Source of the DNA: a bacterium
GTDB lineage: Bacteria; Zhuqueibacterota; Zhuqueibacteria; Residuimicrobiales; Krinioviventaceae
DNA length: 64,000 nucleotides
Assembly: GCA_963675755.2 (NCBI GenBank)
Contig: CAXXMD010000003.1
Span: 2,080,001-2,144,000, forward strand
Reading direction: 5' to 3'
Part shown: one piece after another, positions 49,892 to 60,344 of the stretch
Layout: each line of letters opens with the position of its first letter
Position numbering within the stretch: the stretch's first letter is position 1
The notes under the pieces: model-generated
The model's database searches: none
Seen by the model: only the letters and a program-made list of their open reading frames with translations
Told to the model about the DNA's origin: nothing
Made by a program: the position numbers and the translations under genes

Positions 49892-52117
49892 TTATTTTTT
49901 AGTGATTTTGAGCGTTTTATTGCCGGTGATTTCTGTCATTATAAAATTACCTGACAACTCTCCGGTTGAGATGTTACCGTCCAGTTCAAATTCAGCTGTT
50001 TGATTATTAAATGAAGGCAGCCAAACCTGTGCAGTTGTATTGTCTGGAATGTCTGCATCCAATGTAAAAGATTCATCAATAACCTGTTCAAATTTAATTT
50101 TTACAGGTCCTTTAATAGTCGGTACTGTAGCCGTGCCGGATTCAAGATCGCCAACCTGGGGTTTGATCAAAATTTTTGAAAATCCTGGTTCCAGCGGCTG
50201 TACACCTACAAGATATCTGGGGATGATATTCGCTGGTGCTGCTCCCCAGGCGTGGTTCCAGTCCAGGTTGTTTTTGTATTTCCAGTCCCAGGCTTCAAGT
50301 GTTATGGTAGTGCCTACATTGTTAATCATGTGCGGCCAGCTGCGATCACTGTCGTTGGTCATAAGCCAGAGCGCATAATCATCTTCGCCTGCATTATATA
50401 GCGCTTCCAGTAAATATTGTGAGCCATAGACACTGCAAGCCATCCCTCTTGATTTAATAAATTCTACAACTGTGGGGAGGTATTCTTCAGGCACCATGTT
50501 GAACGCCAGGGGAACCATGTTGGCATGTAGCGCAGAGTGATTGGTAGACTCTCCGTCTTTGTAAATACCCAGTTTTTTATTGATAAAAACTTTATTGAAA
50601 GCAGTTTTAACTTTGGCAGCTTGATCAGCAAATTGTTTTGCTTCATCGGTTTTGTTTAATGCTGCCGCAATGTTGCTCATGATGACCAGGGTTTGGTAAT
50701 GGAATGCGTTTACAACAGTATTATAATCGGTCATTTCAAAATTGTCGCGTTCACCTGTTCCCCCTTCTGTAAAGGAGCCGGGAGGCCAGTCAACAATGTC
50801 TCGCATATTCCCTTCAAAGTGGATAGATTTTAAAACATCATCCGTTACCAGTCCGGTTGTGGTGCTAATCAACCCGTCTTTTCTTGCCAGCACCATAAGG
50901 CTTTTGGCTTTGAGGTCGTCATAATAGTGCTGCATAGATTCTGTATTTCCGGTGTACATGTAATCAGCCCATGCCATAAGGACTGAATGCAGAATCCATT
51001 CGGTAGGCCATGTAGGGTTTTCAATCAGATATTCATGGCTGTAGCGTGCCATGGTGTATTCTCGATCCACGCAATAATGTCCAAGCTGGTTTATATAGGC
51101 ATCTGCTTCATAAGGGATGCGTTCGCGATCTCCATCAAGATAAACACCGCAAAAAGAGGTTGCTTTGATACTGTACTTGCACAAATCCCAAACTGCATTA
51201 ATTACAGGATCAGCCGAATCGAAATAGGACGCGTTTTCGTTAAAGGGATAATGCACGCTAAGCATTCTGGTTTGAGAGGTGTCAATTTCCGATTCGGAAG
51301 AACGGATTTCAGCATAGCGAAAAGGTAAAACTTCCCCAATATAATCTGGCATATGGATAGCATGCTCTCGGGTGTTGCGTTTATCCGCGGGGATGGTCAG
51401 GGTATAGATTGATGTTTTGGGATTAATTTCAAGTTGAATTTCACGGTAGCGTATTGTACCACCGGGTTTTGGATCTATTCTTTCAGGACTTTTTAATTTC
51501 TCACCCAACGCAATTGTAAGCGTTTGCGGTTGTTTGACATTTTTAAATGCGAGTTGCAGCGTTCCAAAAGCATCACGGCCGAAATCAAGAAAAATCGTTC
51601 CATCGTTATGGTGAACAATTCTGTCAATAGCTACCGGAGTTTTCTGTAAGGGGTAACGGGTGGTTTGGTATTGATCTCCGGCCAGATCGGAAAGTGTAAA
51701 GGATTGAGGTTTTGAATATTTTAATTCATTATCCTGATCGTCCCAGGTTTTTACCCGCCAATAATAGGTGTTGCCGGGGGAGAGGAGAGCGCCGGCATAT
51801 TCAATATTTGATGATTGGTTTGATTCGGTTTTACCTGAATCCCAGATATCTGCGGCATTTGAGAATTTGTTATCTGTTGCTACCTGGATGCAATACGCGG
51901 ATTGCTGACTACCGGGAGATTTTGCGTTAAATATCCAGCTGAATTCCGGAGTAGTATCAAAAATTTCGGTGGTTTGTGGATTCTCGAGCAACTCGCACAT
52001 GAGCCCGGTTGGTCTTGTGTCTGTAGTAGAGCAGGATAGTGTGAAAAATGTAACCGCTAATAATAGCGATAAAATTAAAATAATGTTGGTAGGCGTCATT
52101 ATTTTTGGATTGTGCAT
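49892..52117 (-). CDS. alpha-L-rhamnosidase (GH78), probable lipoprotein
   Basis: LDFGRDAFG, DGDRERIPYEAD and T.EAW...NHAW motifs; N-terminal YYWRV fibronectin-like domain. Confidence 0.88.
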   Translation of the reverse strand: MHNPKIMTPTNIILILSLLLAVTFFTLSCSTTDTRPTGLMCELLENPQTTEIFDTTPEFSWIFNAKSPGSQQSAYCIQVATDNKFSNAADIWDSGKTESNQSSNIEYAGALLSPGNTYYWRVKTWDDQDNELKYSKPQSFTLSDLAGDQYQTTRYPLQKTPVAIDRIVHHNDGTIFLDFGRDAFGTLQLAFKNVKQPQTLTIALGEKLKSPERIDPKPGGTIRYREIQLEINPKTSIYTLTIPADKRNTREHAIHMPDYIGEVLPFRYAEIRSSESEIDTSQTRMLSVHYPFNENASYFDSADPVINAVWDLCKYSIKATSFCGVYLDGDRERIPYEADAYINQLGHYCVDREYTMARYSHEYLIENPTWPTEWILHSVLMAWADYMYTGNTESMQHYYDDLKAKSLMVLARKDGLISTTTGLVTDDVLKSIHFEGNMRDIVDWPPGSFTEGGTGERDNFEMTDYNTVVNAFHYQTLVIMSNIAAALNKTDEAKQFADQAAKVKTAFNKVFINKKLGIYKDGESTNHSALHANMVPLAFNMVPEEYLPTVVEFIKSRGMACSVYGSQYLLEALYNAGEDDYALWLMTNDSDRSWPHMINNVGTTITLEAWDWKYKNNLDWNHAWGAAPANIIPRYLVGVQPLEPGFSKILIKPQVGDLESGTATVPTIKGPVKIKFEQVIDESFTLDADIPDNTTAQVWLPSFNNQTAEFELDGNISTGELSGNFIMTEITGNKTLKITKK

Positions 52118-52344
52118 TTATGCTCCTGGATTGCAGTTAAAGAGTCTATTACCATGATTAATTTTAAACAGGATAACCTTTTGTGGTGCAGTGATATGTA
52201 ATTAATAGCTAAACTTAATAAACTATATAATTTGCAAAAATGCAAGTTTTATGATTCTAAAAGTCAATTAATTTTACAATTCAAAAATTTTTGCGACAGG
52301 CATGTTTGTTTTGCACAATTTTTTTCGCTTTTTGAATAATTAAC

Positions 52345-52373
52345 TTGACTCAAAAAAACAAATCATATATATT
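52345..52373 (+). promoter_or_regulatory. sigma70 promoter for nrdDG
   Basis: TTGACT-N17-TATATT. Confidence 0.7.
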
Positions 52374-52409
52374 GTATAGTGTAGAAGGAATACATACTAC
52401 ATTTTGTGT
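52362..52409. promoter_or_regulatory. tandem NrdR boxes
   Basis: ATCATATATATTGTAT (52362) and ATACTACATTTTGTGT (52394), 32 bp apart, overlapping the promoter of an RNR operon. Confidence 0.78.
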
Positions 52410-52643
52410 TATTGGCTATTGGCCGTCAGCAAATTTCCCTGAAAATGAATAATCAAATCGATCTTTTCTATTTTTGATTCCAGAGCTTGGGTAGATTCCC
52501 TGCTAGTTGGGATGGGAAGGAATCTAACTGCTGATTTAAAAATACCGTGGGTGGTGAGGATTTCAATTAATTACATGTGAGAATTATCTGGATAGCGTGA
52601 AATCTCGTTTATCTGGGAGAGGGAAATATCAGGAGGACATTAT

Positions 52644-54749
52644 ATGAGTGTTGCGTTTAAAACTTTTCGCAAAGTCGTTAAAAGGAACGGTGTTGTTACC
52701 GATTTCGACTCGCAGAAAATTACCGGAGCTATTACTAAAGCCGGCTTGGCTACGGGCGAATTCGGTGAAGAAACATCCAAACTTTTAATGATTAAGGTTC
52801 TGTCTTTGGCCCAACAAATTTTAGACGATACTATTGTGACTGTTGAGCAGATACAGGATATTGTCGAAGAGGTATTATTAGCATCACCGTATAAAAAATC
52901 CGCCAAGGCGTATATTATTTATCGTGATCAACATGCCAGAATCCGTGAAATCAATTCCAAGTTTAATGTAGATTTGGTAAACCAGTATTTAACCCGAGCC
53001 GACTGGAAAGTAAATGAAAACAGCAATATGAGTTTTTCTTTGCAGGGATTGAATAACTATATATCTTCTGAAATCAGCAAGGTTTACTGGTTGAATAATA
53101 TTTTCCCCAACTATATTAAAGAAGCACATCTGAATGGTGATTTTCATATTCATGATCTGGGTGTGATTAGTGTTTATTGCGTGGGTTGGGATTTGTATGA
53201 CCTTTTAATTAATGGCTTTAAAGGGGCGGCAGGTAAGGTAGAATCCAAGCCGGCCAAACATTTCCGCAGCGCGTTGGGACAGATTGTAAACTTTTTCTAT
53301 ACTTTGCAGGGTGAAGCTGCTGGTGCTCAAGCTTTTTCAAATTTTGATACTCTGCTTGCCCCTTTTATTAAATATGACAACCTGAATTACAGAGAAGTTA
53401 AACAGGCACTGCAGGAATTTCTGTTTAACGTCAATGTGCCTACACGGGTTGGCTTTCAAACTCCTTTTACCAATGTAACACTTGACCTAACAATCCCTTC
53501 TTATTACGCTGATCAGGGTGTTGTGATTGGTGGTGAAGTGCAAGACAAAACCTACAGTGAATTCAAGACAGAGCTGGACATGTTTAATAAAGCGTTTCTT
53601 GAAGTCATGCTGGAAGGTGATGCCAAAGGCCGTGTGTTTACATTCCCGATTCCTACTTATAATATTACCAGCGATTTTGACTGGGACAATCCCAATCTGG
53701 AATTGTTGTGGGAAATTACCGGCAAGTATGGTATTCCGTATTTTGCAAATTTTGTAAATTCTGATATGCATCCCGAAGATGCACGTAGTATGTGCTGTCG
53801 TTTGAGAATTGATAATCGTGAACTGATCAAGCGCGGTGGTGGTCTGTTTGGATCGTCTCCATTAACAGGTTCTGTGGGTGTAGTTACCATTAATCTTCCC
53901 AGAATCGGTTACCTTGCCACTTCTGAAGAGGAATTCTTTGATCGTTTAACCAATTTGATGGATATGGCTCGCGACAGTCTTGAAACCAAACGTAAAATTC
54001 TTGAACGTTTTACTGACGACAATTTGTATCCCTATACCAAATATTATCTGCGTAATGTGAAAAAACGTTTCAATCAGTTTTGGAAAAACCATTTTGCAAC
54101 CATCGGTATTGTTGGCCTGAATGAAGCTTGTATCAATCTGTTTGGTGAAAATATAGGTTCTTCTATGGGACAGGATTTTGGTGTTAAAGTCCTTAATTTT
54201 ATGCGAGATAAACTTGTAGAATACCAGGAAGAAACCGGTAACAACTATAACCTCGAAGCAACCCCTGCCGAAAGTACAACATACCGCCTGGCAACTATAG
54301 ACAAAGAAAAATATCCAAATATTTTGAGTGCGATTGATCTTGAAAATGGAGCATGTTCTGCACCATTTTATACCAATTCATCACACTTGCCTGTGAATTA
54401 TACGGATGATCTTTTTGATCTGTTAGATATGCAGGATGATATGCAATCTCTGTACACCGGTGGTACGGTAATTCACTTGTTTATTGGTGAACGTATCAAA
54501 GATATGCAATCTCTGAAAACCCTTATTCGCAGGGTTTGTGATACATATAAACTTCCGTATTTCTCAATTACACCTACATTCAGTGTTTGTCCTACTTGTG
54601 GTTATTTGGAAGGCGAAAAAGAATTTTGTCCCAAATGTTCAAACAAGACTGAAATTTACTCACGTGTAGTTGGATACTTGCGTCCTGTTAACCAATGGAA
54701 TAAAGGAAAACAGGAGGAATTTGAAATGCGAAAGACATTTACTGTATGA
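52644..54749 (+). CDS. nrdD: anaerobic (class III) ribonucleoside-triphosphate reductase with ATP cone
   Basis: VVKRNG ATP cone; HIHDL; SMCCRL; CxxC...CxxC; glycyl-radical motif SRVVGYLRP. Confidence 0.96.
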   Translation: MSVAFKTFRKVVKRNGVVTDFDSQKITGAITKAGLATGEFGEETSKLLMIKVLSLAQQILDDTIVTVEQIQDIVEEVLLASPYKKSAKAYIIYRDQHARIREINSKFNVDLVNQYLTRADWKVNENSNMSFSLQGLNNYISSEISKVYWLNNIFPNYIKEAHLNGDFHIHDLGVISVYCVGWDLYDLLINGFKGAAGKVESKPAKHFRSALGQIVNFFYTLQGEAAGAQAFSNFDTLLAPFIKYDNLNYREVKQALQEFLFNVNVPTRVGFQTPFTNVTLDLTIPSYYADQGVVIGGEVQDKTYSEFKTELDMFNKAFLEVMLEGDAKGRVFTFPIPTYNITSDFDWDNPNLELLWEITGKYGIPYFANFVNSDMHPEDARSMCCRLRIDNRELIKRGGGLFGSSPLTGSVGVVTINLPRIGYLATSEEEFFDRLTNLMDMARDSLETKRKILERFTDDNLYPYTKYYLRNVKKRFNQFWKNHFATIGIVGLNEACINLFGENIGSSMGQDFGVKVLNFMRDKLVEYQEETGNNYNLEATPAESTTYRLATIDKEKYPNILSAIDLENGACSAPFYTNSSHLPVNYTDDLFDLLDMQDDMQSLYTGGTVIHLFIGERIKDMQSLKTLIRRVCDTYKLPYFSITPTFSVCPTCGYLEGEKEFCPKCSNKTEIYSRVVGYLRPVNQWNKGKQEEFEMRKTFTV

Positions 54750-55417
54750 AAATCGGCGGTTTTCAACGAATCTCTTTGATAGACTACCCGGGTAAATTAT
54801 CAGCCGTTGTGTTTACCCGGGGTTGTAATTTCAGATGCCCCTTTTGCCACAATTCGGAACTTGTTTTACCAGACCGGTTTAGCCCTCTCATTCCCGAAGA
54901 CGAAATTTTCTCGTTTTTAAATAAACGCACCAAACATCTTGATGGTGTGGTGATTACAGGCGGAGAGCCGGCAATGCAGTCAGATTTGGAATCGTTTATC
55001 CAAAAGGTCAAAGAATTGGGATTTCTGGTAAAGTTGGATACTAATGGATCGTATCCCAATGTGATCAAAGATCTTTTGGATAAAAAGCTGCTGGATTTCA
55101 TTGCCATGGATATTAAATCGACATTTGAAAAATATTCACAAGCCGCTGGAATTGATGTAAATACAGATTCTGTAAAACAGTCTATTGAGATTATCCGGAA
55201 TGCGGGTATAGAACACATGTTTCGTACAACACTGGTTAAGAATTTAATTGATTTTGATGACGCGAAAATTATTAAAACATATTTAATTGATTCCCCCTAC
55301 CAGCTGCAGTATTTTCATCCTTCTGAAAAGATTATTAATCCCAATCTTGTTGAAAAAATACATTATACCCAAACCGAAATAACCCACTTTCAGGAAGAGC
55401 TGAATTCCGGTTCCTGA
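54746..55417 (+). CDS. nrdG: class III RNR activating radical-SAM enzyme
   Basis: SLIDYPG, GCNFRCPFCHN, TGGEP and KLDTNG motifs. Confidence 0.93.
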   Translation: MKIGGFQRISLIDYPGKLSAVVFTRGCNFRCPFCHNSELVLPDRFSPLIPEDEIFSFLNKRTKHLDGVVITGGEPAMQSDLESFIQKVKELGFLVKLDTNGSYPNVIKDLLDKKLLDFIAMDIKSTFEKYSQAAGIDVNTDSVKQSIEIIRNAGIEHMFRTTLVKNLIDFDDAKIIKTYLIDSPYQLQYFHPSEKIINPNLVEKIHYTQTEITHFQEELNSGS

Positions 55418-55422
55418 TTTTT

Positions 55423-55941
55423 TTATTCAAAATCTTTATAAAGCATACTGGGCTGTACTTCTTTATTGTTCTGGTATTTATTGCTGGTGTATGTTTGGTA
55501 ATCACCTTCCAGGGTGTGATAGTAAATTTGGCAAATTTCAACACCGGCATAAATTCTGATGGGCTGTACACAGATAATTTCCAGGGTCCAGTATCCCTTA
55601 AAACCTACATCTCCAAAGCCTGCGGTCACATGTACAAACATTCCGAGCCGTCCTATAGAAGATCTGCCCTCAAGCATGGGTACAAATTTCTCAGTAGCAG
55701 TATATTCAACCGTTCTGCCAAGATATAGAATATTGGGTTGCAGAACGTAACCTTTATCCGGAATTTTGATACGTGTTGCCTTGTTGATTTTTTTCATGTC
55801 CAGTTCATTGGTATCATAAACCAAGAGTTCGTCATGCAGACTGAGGTTATAGCTGTTGGGATTAATCCGTTCAGGGTAATACGGATCAATGATAATTTCT
55901 TTATTTATATGTTTTTTTATTTCAAGTCCTGATAAAATCAT
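55423..55941 (-). CDS. dcd: dCTP deaminase
   Basis: MILSG, NPNSYNL, EGRSSIGRLG, GFGDVGFKG.WTLEI and KYQ motifs. Confidence 0.92.
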   Translation of the reverse strand: MILSGLEIKKHINKEIIIDPYYPERINPNSYNLSLHDELLVYDTNELDMKKINKATRIKIPDKGYVLQPNILYLGRTVEYTATEKFVPMLEGRSSIGRLGMFVHVTAGFGDVGFKGYWTLEIICVQPIRIYAGVEICQIYYHTLEGDYQTYTSNKYQNNKEVQPSMLYKDFE

Positions 55942-56139
55942 AAGTTTTCTCAATTTACAAATATTTATTTTAGTGGCCCACAAAGCTCAAGGATTCTTGT
56001 ACCTCTATCTTTATGAGATGAATAGTTTGATAATTTACAAAAAATATAAACTAAAACAAAAGCTCAAACATTAAAAATACTTTGTTTTTAACAAAAAAAA
56101 TGTTAATTTACTCCCTTTTTCAATAACGAATGAATTATT

Positions 56140-56385
56140 ATGAATTTAGAACAGTTAATATCCGGACAACGTGCTATAATTAAAGAAATTAGGGCAAATG
56201 ATAATGTGAAAAGACGTTTGATGCTGCTGGGTTTTGCAGCAGGTCAAAACGTTGCTATGATTAAATCTGCGCCTCTCAAAGATCCTCTTGAAGTGTCATT
56301 GCAGGGAGGACATCTCAGTATTCGACGAAGTGAAGCAGCATTAATAGAAGTTGAACTCATTAATGGTGACCCTCTTGAAAGATAA
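56140..56385 (+). CDS. feoA: ferrous iron transport protein A
   Basis: RRLM.LG, APL.DP and LSIRRSEA motifs. Confidence 0.9.
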   Translation: MNLEQLISGQRAIIKEIRANDNVKRRLMLLGFAAGQNVAMIKSAPLKDPLEVSLQGGHLSIRRSEAALIEVELINGDPLER

Positions 56386-58504
56386 ATCTATTACAATTGC
56401 TTTAGCCGGAAATCCCAATTCCGGAAAGACTTCTATCTTTAATGGCTTGACAGGTGCCAGGCAAAAAGTAGGCAATTTTGCCGGTGTAACTGTGGAAAAG
56501 CGAGAGGGCCGCAAGTTATATAACGGTTATGAATTAAATATTGTTGATCTTCCCGGTACGTACAGTCTTACCGCTCAATCTCTTGATGAAAAAGTTGCTC
56601 GCGATTTTTTGCTGAATGAATCTCCCGATATCGTTATCAATGTTATAGACAGTGGATGCCTGGAAAGAAGTTTGTATCTGACCACACAACTGATTGCAAT
56701 GGGATTGGATGTGATCATTGATCTGAATATGTGGGATGAACTGGAAAAATCGGGTGATGCCATTGAAATAGATACACTTTCAGTATTGCTGGGAACTCCG
56801 GTTGTAACTTCTGTTGCAAGCCGCGGTAAAGGTATAAACAAGCTGCTGGATGCGGTGATTGAGTTGCATGAAAACCGTCAAACCATTCACCATCACCCAC
56901 CCATCTCTTATGGTCCATTGCTTGATGATATGATTCGTGATATCAGTGATGAAATAGAAAAATGTGGTTTGAATTCAGAAGGGGCAAACTCTCGCTGGCT
57001 TGCTGTTAAATTTATAGAGCGTGATGAACAAATTGAATCCCTGTACAAAAACAAGTTAAGGCAATACAAAACACTTGAAGATAAAATAGATAAAGCTGTT
57101 CAACATATCAAGGTTACTACATCATCTGATCCCGAGTTTGCTATAGAAGAAGGTAGAATGGGATTTGTTGCCGGAGTGGTAAGAGAGGTAGCAAAGAAAA
57201 AGAGTTTTAACCGTATGTGGTTGTCTACCCAGATTGATAATTTTCTTACCCATCCGCTTTTGGGGTATCCTTTATTTTTACTATTTATGTGGTTGATCTT
57301 TTATGCTACTTTTTCTTTGGGCGAATATCCCCAGATGTGGTTCGAGACCGGGATCTCTCAATTACAACTGTTATTAACAAGCATTTTACCTCATGGCCCT
57401 ATTGTTGATCTGGTGGTTGAAGGTGTTATTGGTGGTGTGGGCTCTGTTATTGTCTTTTTACCCAACATTGTGATTCTGTTCCTGGGAATCTCTTTGCTTG
57501 AAGATTCAGGTTATATGGCACGTGCAGCGTTTTTAACTGATAAACCCATGCATTTTTTAGGACTTCATGGAAAATCCTTTATACCTATGCTGATGGGTTT
57601 TGGATGTACAGTGCCGGCTATTATGGCTACCCGTACCCTGGAATCTCCCCGAGACAGAATATTGACCACGTTGCTTTTACCCATGGTATCTTGCAGCGCT
57701 AAACTACCAGTGTATATTCTTATTGCCGGTACCTTTTTTGAAAAAAGGGCAGGGCATGTAGTTTTTTCCATGTATATATTGGGTATTGTTTTTGCAATTA
57801 TTGTTGCGCGAATATTACAACGGACCATGGTTAAAACAGAGAGCATACCTTTTGTAATGGAATTGCCTCCCTATCGCTGGCCTACTTTTAAATCCGTAGT
57901 AATCCACATGTGGGAAAAAAGTAAACTGTATCTTAAAAAAATGAGTGGTGTTATTCTGATCGCATCTGTAATTTTATGGGCGTTGGGTTACTTTCCCAAG
58001 AGCGAAAAATTAACAGCACAATATGACCAAAACATTGAGACTTTGAAACAACAAACACCGCTTGATGTACAAAAGCTGGACTCGCTGATCAAAGAAAAAA
58101 GAGCGGCCGAGTTGGAATACTCGTTCATCGGGCGCATTGGTAAAGGAGTAGAACCGGTCTTTAAGCCGTTGGGTTTCAACTGGCAGATGAGTGTTTCTCT
58201 GTTTACCGGTTTTGCGGCGAAAGAAGTGGTTGTTTCTACATTGGGTGTGTTGTATCAGGTAGAGCCCAGTGATGAACCAACAACCAGTCTTTCTGAAAAA
58301 TTGAAAAACAGCGAAATTACTCCGCTTGCAGCATACACGTTCCTGGTTTTTATCTTGTTATATACCGCATGCATTGCCAGTGTTGTGGCTATAAAACGAG
58401 AAATTGGTATAAAATGGATGACATTTTCCATAGTATTTCAGACTGCAATTGCATGGATTGTATCATTTGTAGTCTATAATGCAGGTATGTTAATGGGATT
58501 GTAA
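56363..58504 (+). CDS. feoB: ferrous iron transport protein B
   Basis: GNPNSGKT, VGNFAGVTVE, DLPGTYSL, NMWD, EDSGYMAR and GFGC motifs. Confidence 0.96.
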   Translation: MVTLLKDKSITIALAGNPNSGKTSIFNGLTGARQKVGNFAGVTVEKREGRKLYNGYELNIVDLPGTYSLTAQSLDEKVARDFLLNESPDIVINVIDSGCLERSLYLTTQLIAMGLDVIIDLNMWDELEKSGDAIEIDTLSVLLGTPVVTSVASRGKGINKLLDAVIELHENRQTIHHHPPISYGPLLDDMIRDISDEIEKCGLNSEGANSRWLAVKFIERDEQIESLYKNKLRQYKTLEDKIDKAVQHIKVTTSSDPEFAIEEGRMGFVAGVVREVAKKKSFNRMWLSTQIDNFLTHPLLGYPLFLLFMWLIFYATFSLGEYPQMWFETGISQLQLLLTSILPHGPIVDLVVEGVIGGVGSVIVFLPNIVILFLGISLLEDSGYMARAAFLTDKPMHFLGLHGKSFIPMLMGFGCTVPAIMATRTLESPRDRILTTLLLPMVSCSAKLPVYILIAGTFFEKRAGHVVFSMYILGIVFAIIVARILQRTMVKTESIPFVMELPPYRWPTFKSVVIHMWEKSKLYLKKMSGVILIASVILWALGYFPKSEKLTAQYDQNIETLKQQTPLDVQKLDSLIKEKRAAELEYSFIGRIGKGVEPVFKPLGFNWQMSVSLFTGFAAKEVVVSTLGVLYQVEPSDEPTTSLSEKLKNSEITPLAAYTFLVFILLYTACIASVVAIKREIGIKWMTFSIVFQTAIAWIVSFVVYNAGMLMGL

Positions 58505-58508
58505 GTTT

Positions 58509-59402
58509 ATGGATCATCACCATCATCATCACTCACATACTCATAATGACGACATCAAGAATTTGAAAATCGCGTTTTTTTTGAATTTTTTGTTTTCTCT
58601 ATTAGAGTTGGTTGGTGGTCTGTTGACCAATTCTATGGCTATTCTTTCTGATGCATTACATGATTTTGGGGATTCTCTTTCAATTGGGTTATCCTGGTAT
58701 TTTCAAAATTTTTCCAAAAAATCAGCCGATGAACAATATACATATGGTTACCGCAGGTTTTCTCTAATCTCTGCTTTGGTAAATTCATTTGTATTGTTTG
58801 CGGGCTCTATCTTTATTATTCGGGAAGCCATACCTCGCTTGCTTGATCCAGAACCGGTGCATTCATTGGGAATGTTGGGTTTGGCCGTTCTGGGTATTGT
58901 ATTCAATGGTATTGCCATTTTGAGACTGCACAAAGGTAATTCTGTCAATGAACGTATGGTAAAACTGCATCTGCTGGAAGATGTTTTAGGGTGGATTGCC
59001 GTATTGGTTGGCAGTGTTTTGATCTATTTCTTTGACTGGACGTTTCTTGATCCGCTCTTGTCTATGGGTATAGCTGCTTTTATTTTGTGGAATGTGTTCA
59101 AGAATTTTAAACAGATAGTAGGGGTATTTTTGCAAGCCATACCTTCTGATGTAGACATAAATGGCCTGATTGATGAACTGGCTGGTATTGAGGGCGTTCG
59201 ATCCGTAAGTGATGTACACATCTGGTCTCTTGATGGCGAGTTTCATATTTTATCCGCACATCTTGAAATTGAAGATTCTATTCCACGAACTGAGATTGAA
59301 GCACTTAAAGCTCGGGCACGCGAGATTGTAAAAAGATATCACATAGAACATGAGACCTTTGAGATTGGTTTTAGTGACAGAGCGTGTATGTTTCGTTGTT
59401 AA
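58509..59402 (+). CDS. cation diffusion facilitator (CzcD/ZitB-like)
   Basis: His-rich N-terminus; SDALHD, YTYGYRR, HLLED and DVHIWSL motifs. Confidence 0.92.
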   Translation: MDHHHHHHSHTHNDDIKNLKIAFFLNFLFSLLELVGGLLTNSMAILSDALHDFGDSLSIGLSWYFQNFSKKSADEQYTYGYRRFSLISALVNSFVLFAGSIFIIREAIPRLLDPEPVHSLGMLGLAVLGIVFNGIAILRLHKGNSVNERMVKLHLLEDVLGWIAVLVGSVLIYFFDWTFLDPLLSMGIAAFILWNVFKNFKQIVGVFLQAIPSDVDINGLIDELAGIEGVRSVSDVHIWSLDGEFHILSAHLEIEDSIPRTEIEALKARAREIVKRYHIEHETFEIGFSDRACMFRC

Positions 59403-59430
59403 TGTTGTTTATATAAAGGGCATTGAGAAA

Positions 59431-60039
59431 ATGAAAAAGATTGATTTCAAAAAAGAACTCAAGTTACTCTATGCTCCATCTGCTAAAGCTTGTACTTTAG
59501 TTGATGTACCATCAATGAATTACCTGATGGTAGACGCAGAGGGGGATCCCAATAAAGTCAAAATATTTCAGGATGCTATTGAAGCGCTATATAGTTTGTC
59601 CTACTATATCAAATTTCACTTGAAAAATAATTTTGAATATGATTATGTTGTACCACCGCTTGAAGGCTTGTGGTGGACTGATGATATGAAAGAATTCAGT
59701 ATAGAGAATAAAGATATTTGGAAATGGACACTGATGATCATGCAGCCGGAAAAGGTAACTGCGGATCTTTTTGCGGAGGCAGTGGAAGCAGTCCGCAAAA
59801 AGAAAAATCCTGTCGCATTAGATCAAGTGTATTTCAAACAGTATGCTGAGGGGAGATCTGCACAAATTATGCATATTGGGCCCTATGCGGAAGAAGCTCC
59901 AACAATTCAAACGTTACATGACTTTATTGATCAACAGGGATTAGAGCGGAGGGGAAAACATCATGAAATTTATCTCAGTGATCCTCGCAAGGCAGATCCT
60001 GTTAAAATGAAGACTATACTTCGTCAGCCTGTGGGGTAA
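59431..60039 (+). CDS. GyrI-like domain protein
   Basis: K.DFKKE, VPPLEGLWW, HIGPY and HHEIYLSDPR motifs. Confidence 0.88.
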   Translation: MKKIDFKKELKLLYAPSAKACTLVDVPSMNYLMVDAEGDPNKVKIFQDAIEALYSLSYYIKFHLKNNFEYDYVVPPLEGLWWTDDMKEFSIENKDIWKWTLMIMQPEKVTADLFAEAVEAVRKKKNPVALDQVYFKQYAEGRSAQIMHIGPYAEEAPTIQTLHDFIDQQGLERRGKHHEIYLSDPRKADPVKMKTILRQPVG

Positions 60040-60214
60040 GTGGTTTTTTATGTGTTCCGTCACAAAAGGGTTTGGTTGCTGAACGGTTACAGCTACAGAG
60101 GTAGATGGGGCCTGTTCTAATCTCTTCACTGCCGTCAGGGTGAACAAGTTTAACCTCACCTTCTACCAGGTATGAGCGGTTTTCTCTGATTTTGATTACA
60201 GTTTCTGAATTCAT
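60014..60214 (-). CDS. CDGSH iron-sulfur domain protein
   Basis: LCSC..S..KPFCDGTH; AAGGA RBS. Confidence 0.85.
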   Translation of the reverse strand: MNSETVIKIRENRSYLVEGEVKLVHPDGSEEIRTGPIYLCSCNRSATKPFCDGTHKKPLTPQADEV

Positions 60215-60305
60215 TGATTTTCCTTATAATTATATCGCATCGTATCAATTTTTAATAAAAGGAAAACAGATAAATCGGTTTTGTTATTTCATAAAAATTT
60301 TACAT

Positions 60306-60340
60306 AAAAAAAGCAGGGTAGATTTACCCTGCTTTTTTTT
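60306..60340. terminator. intrinsic terminator
   Basis: A7-GCAGGGTA-GATT-TACCCTGC-T8. Confidence 0.85.
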
Positions 60341-60344
60341 ATTA

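Noticed and set aside
58509-58545. Poly-His run as a synthetic tag
   Set aside because: His-rich N-termini are normal for CDF transporters.
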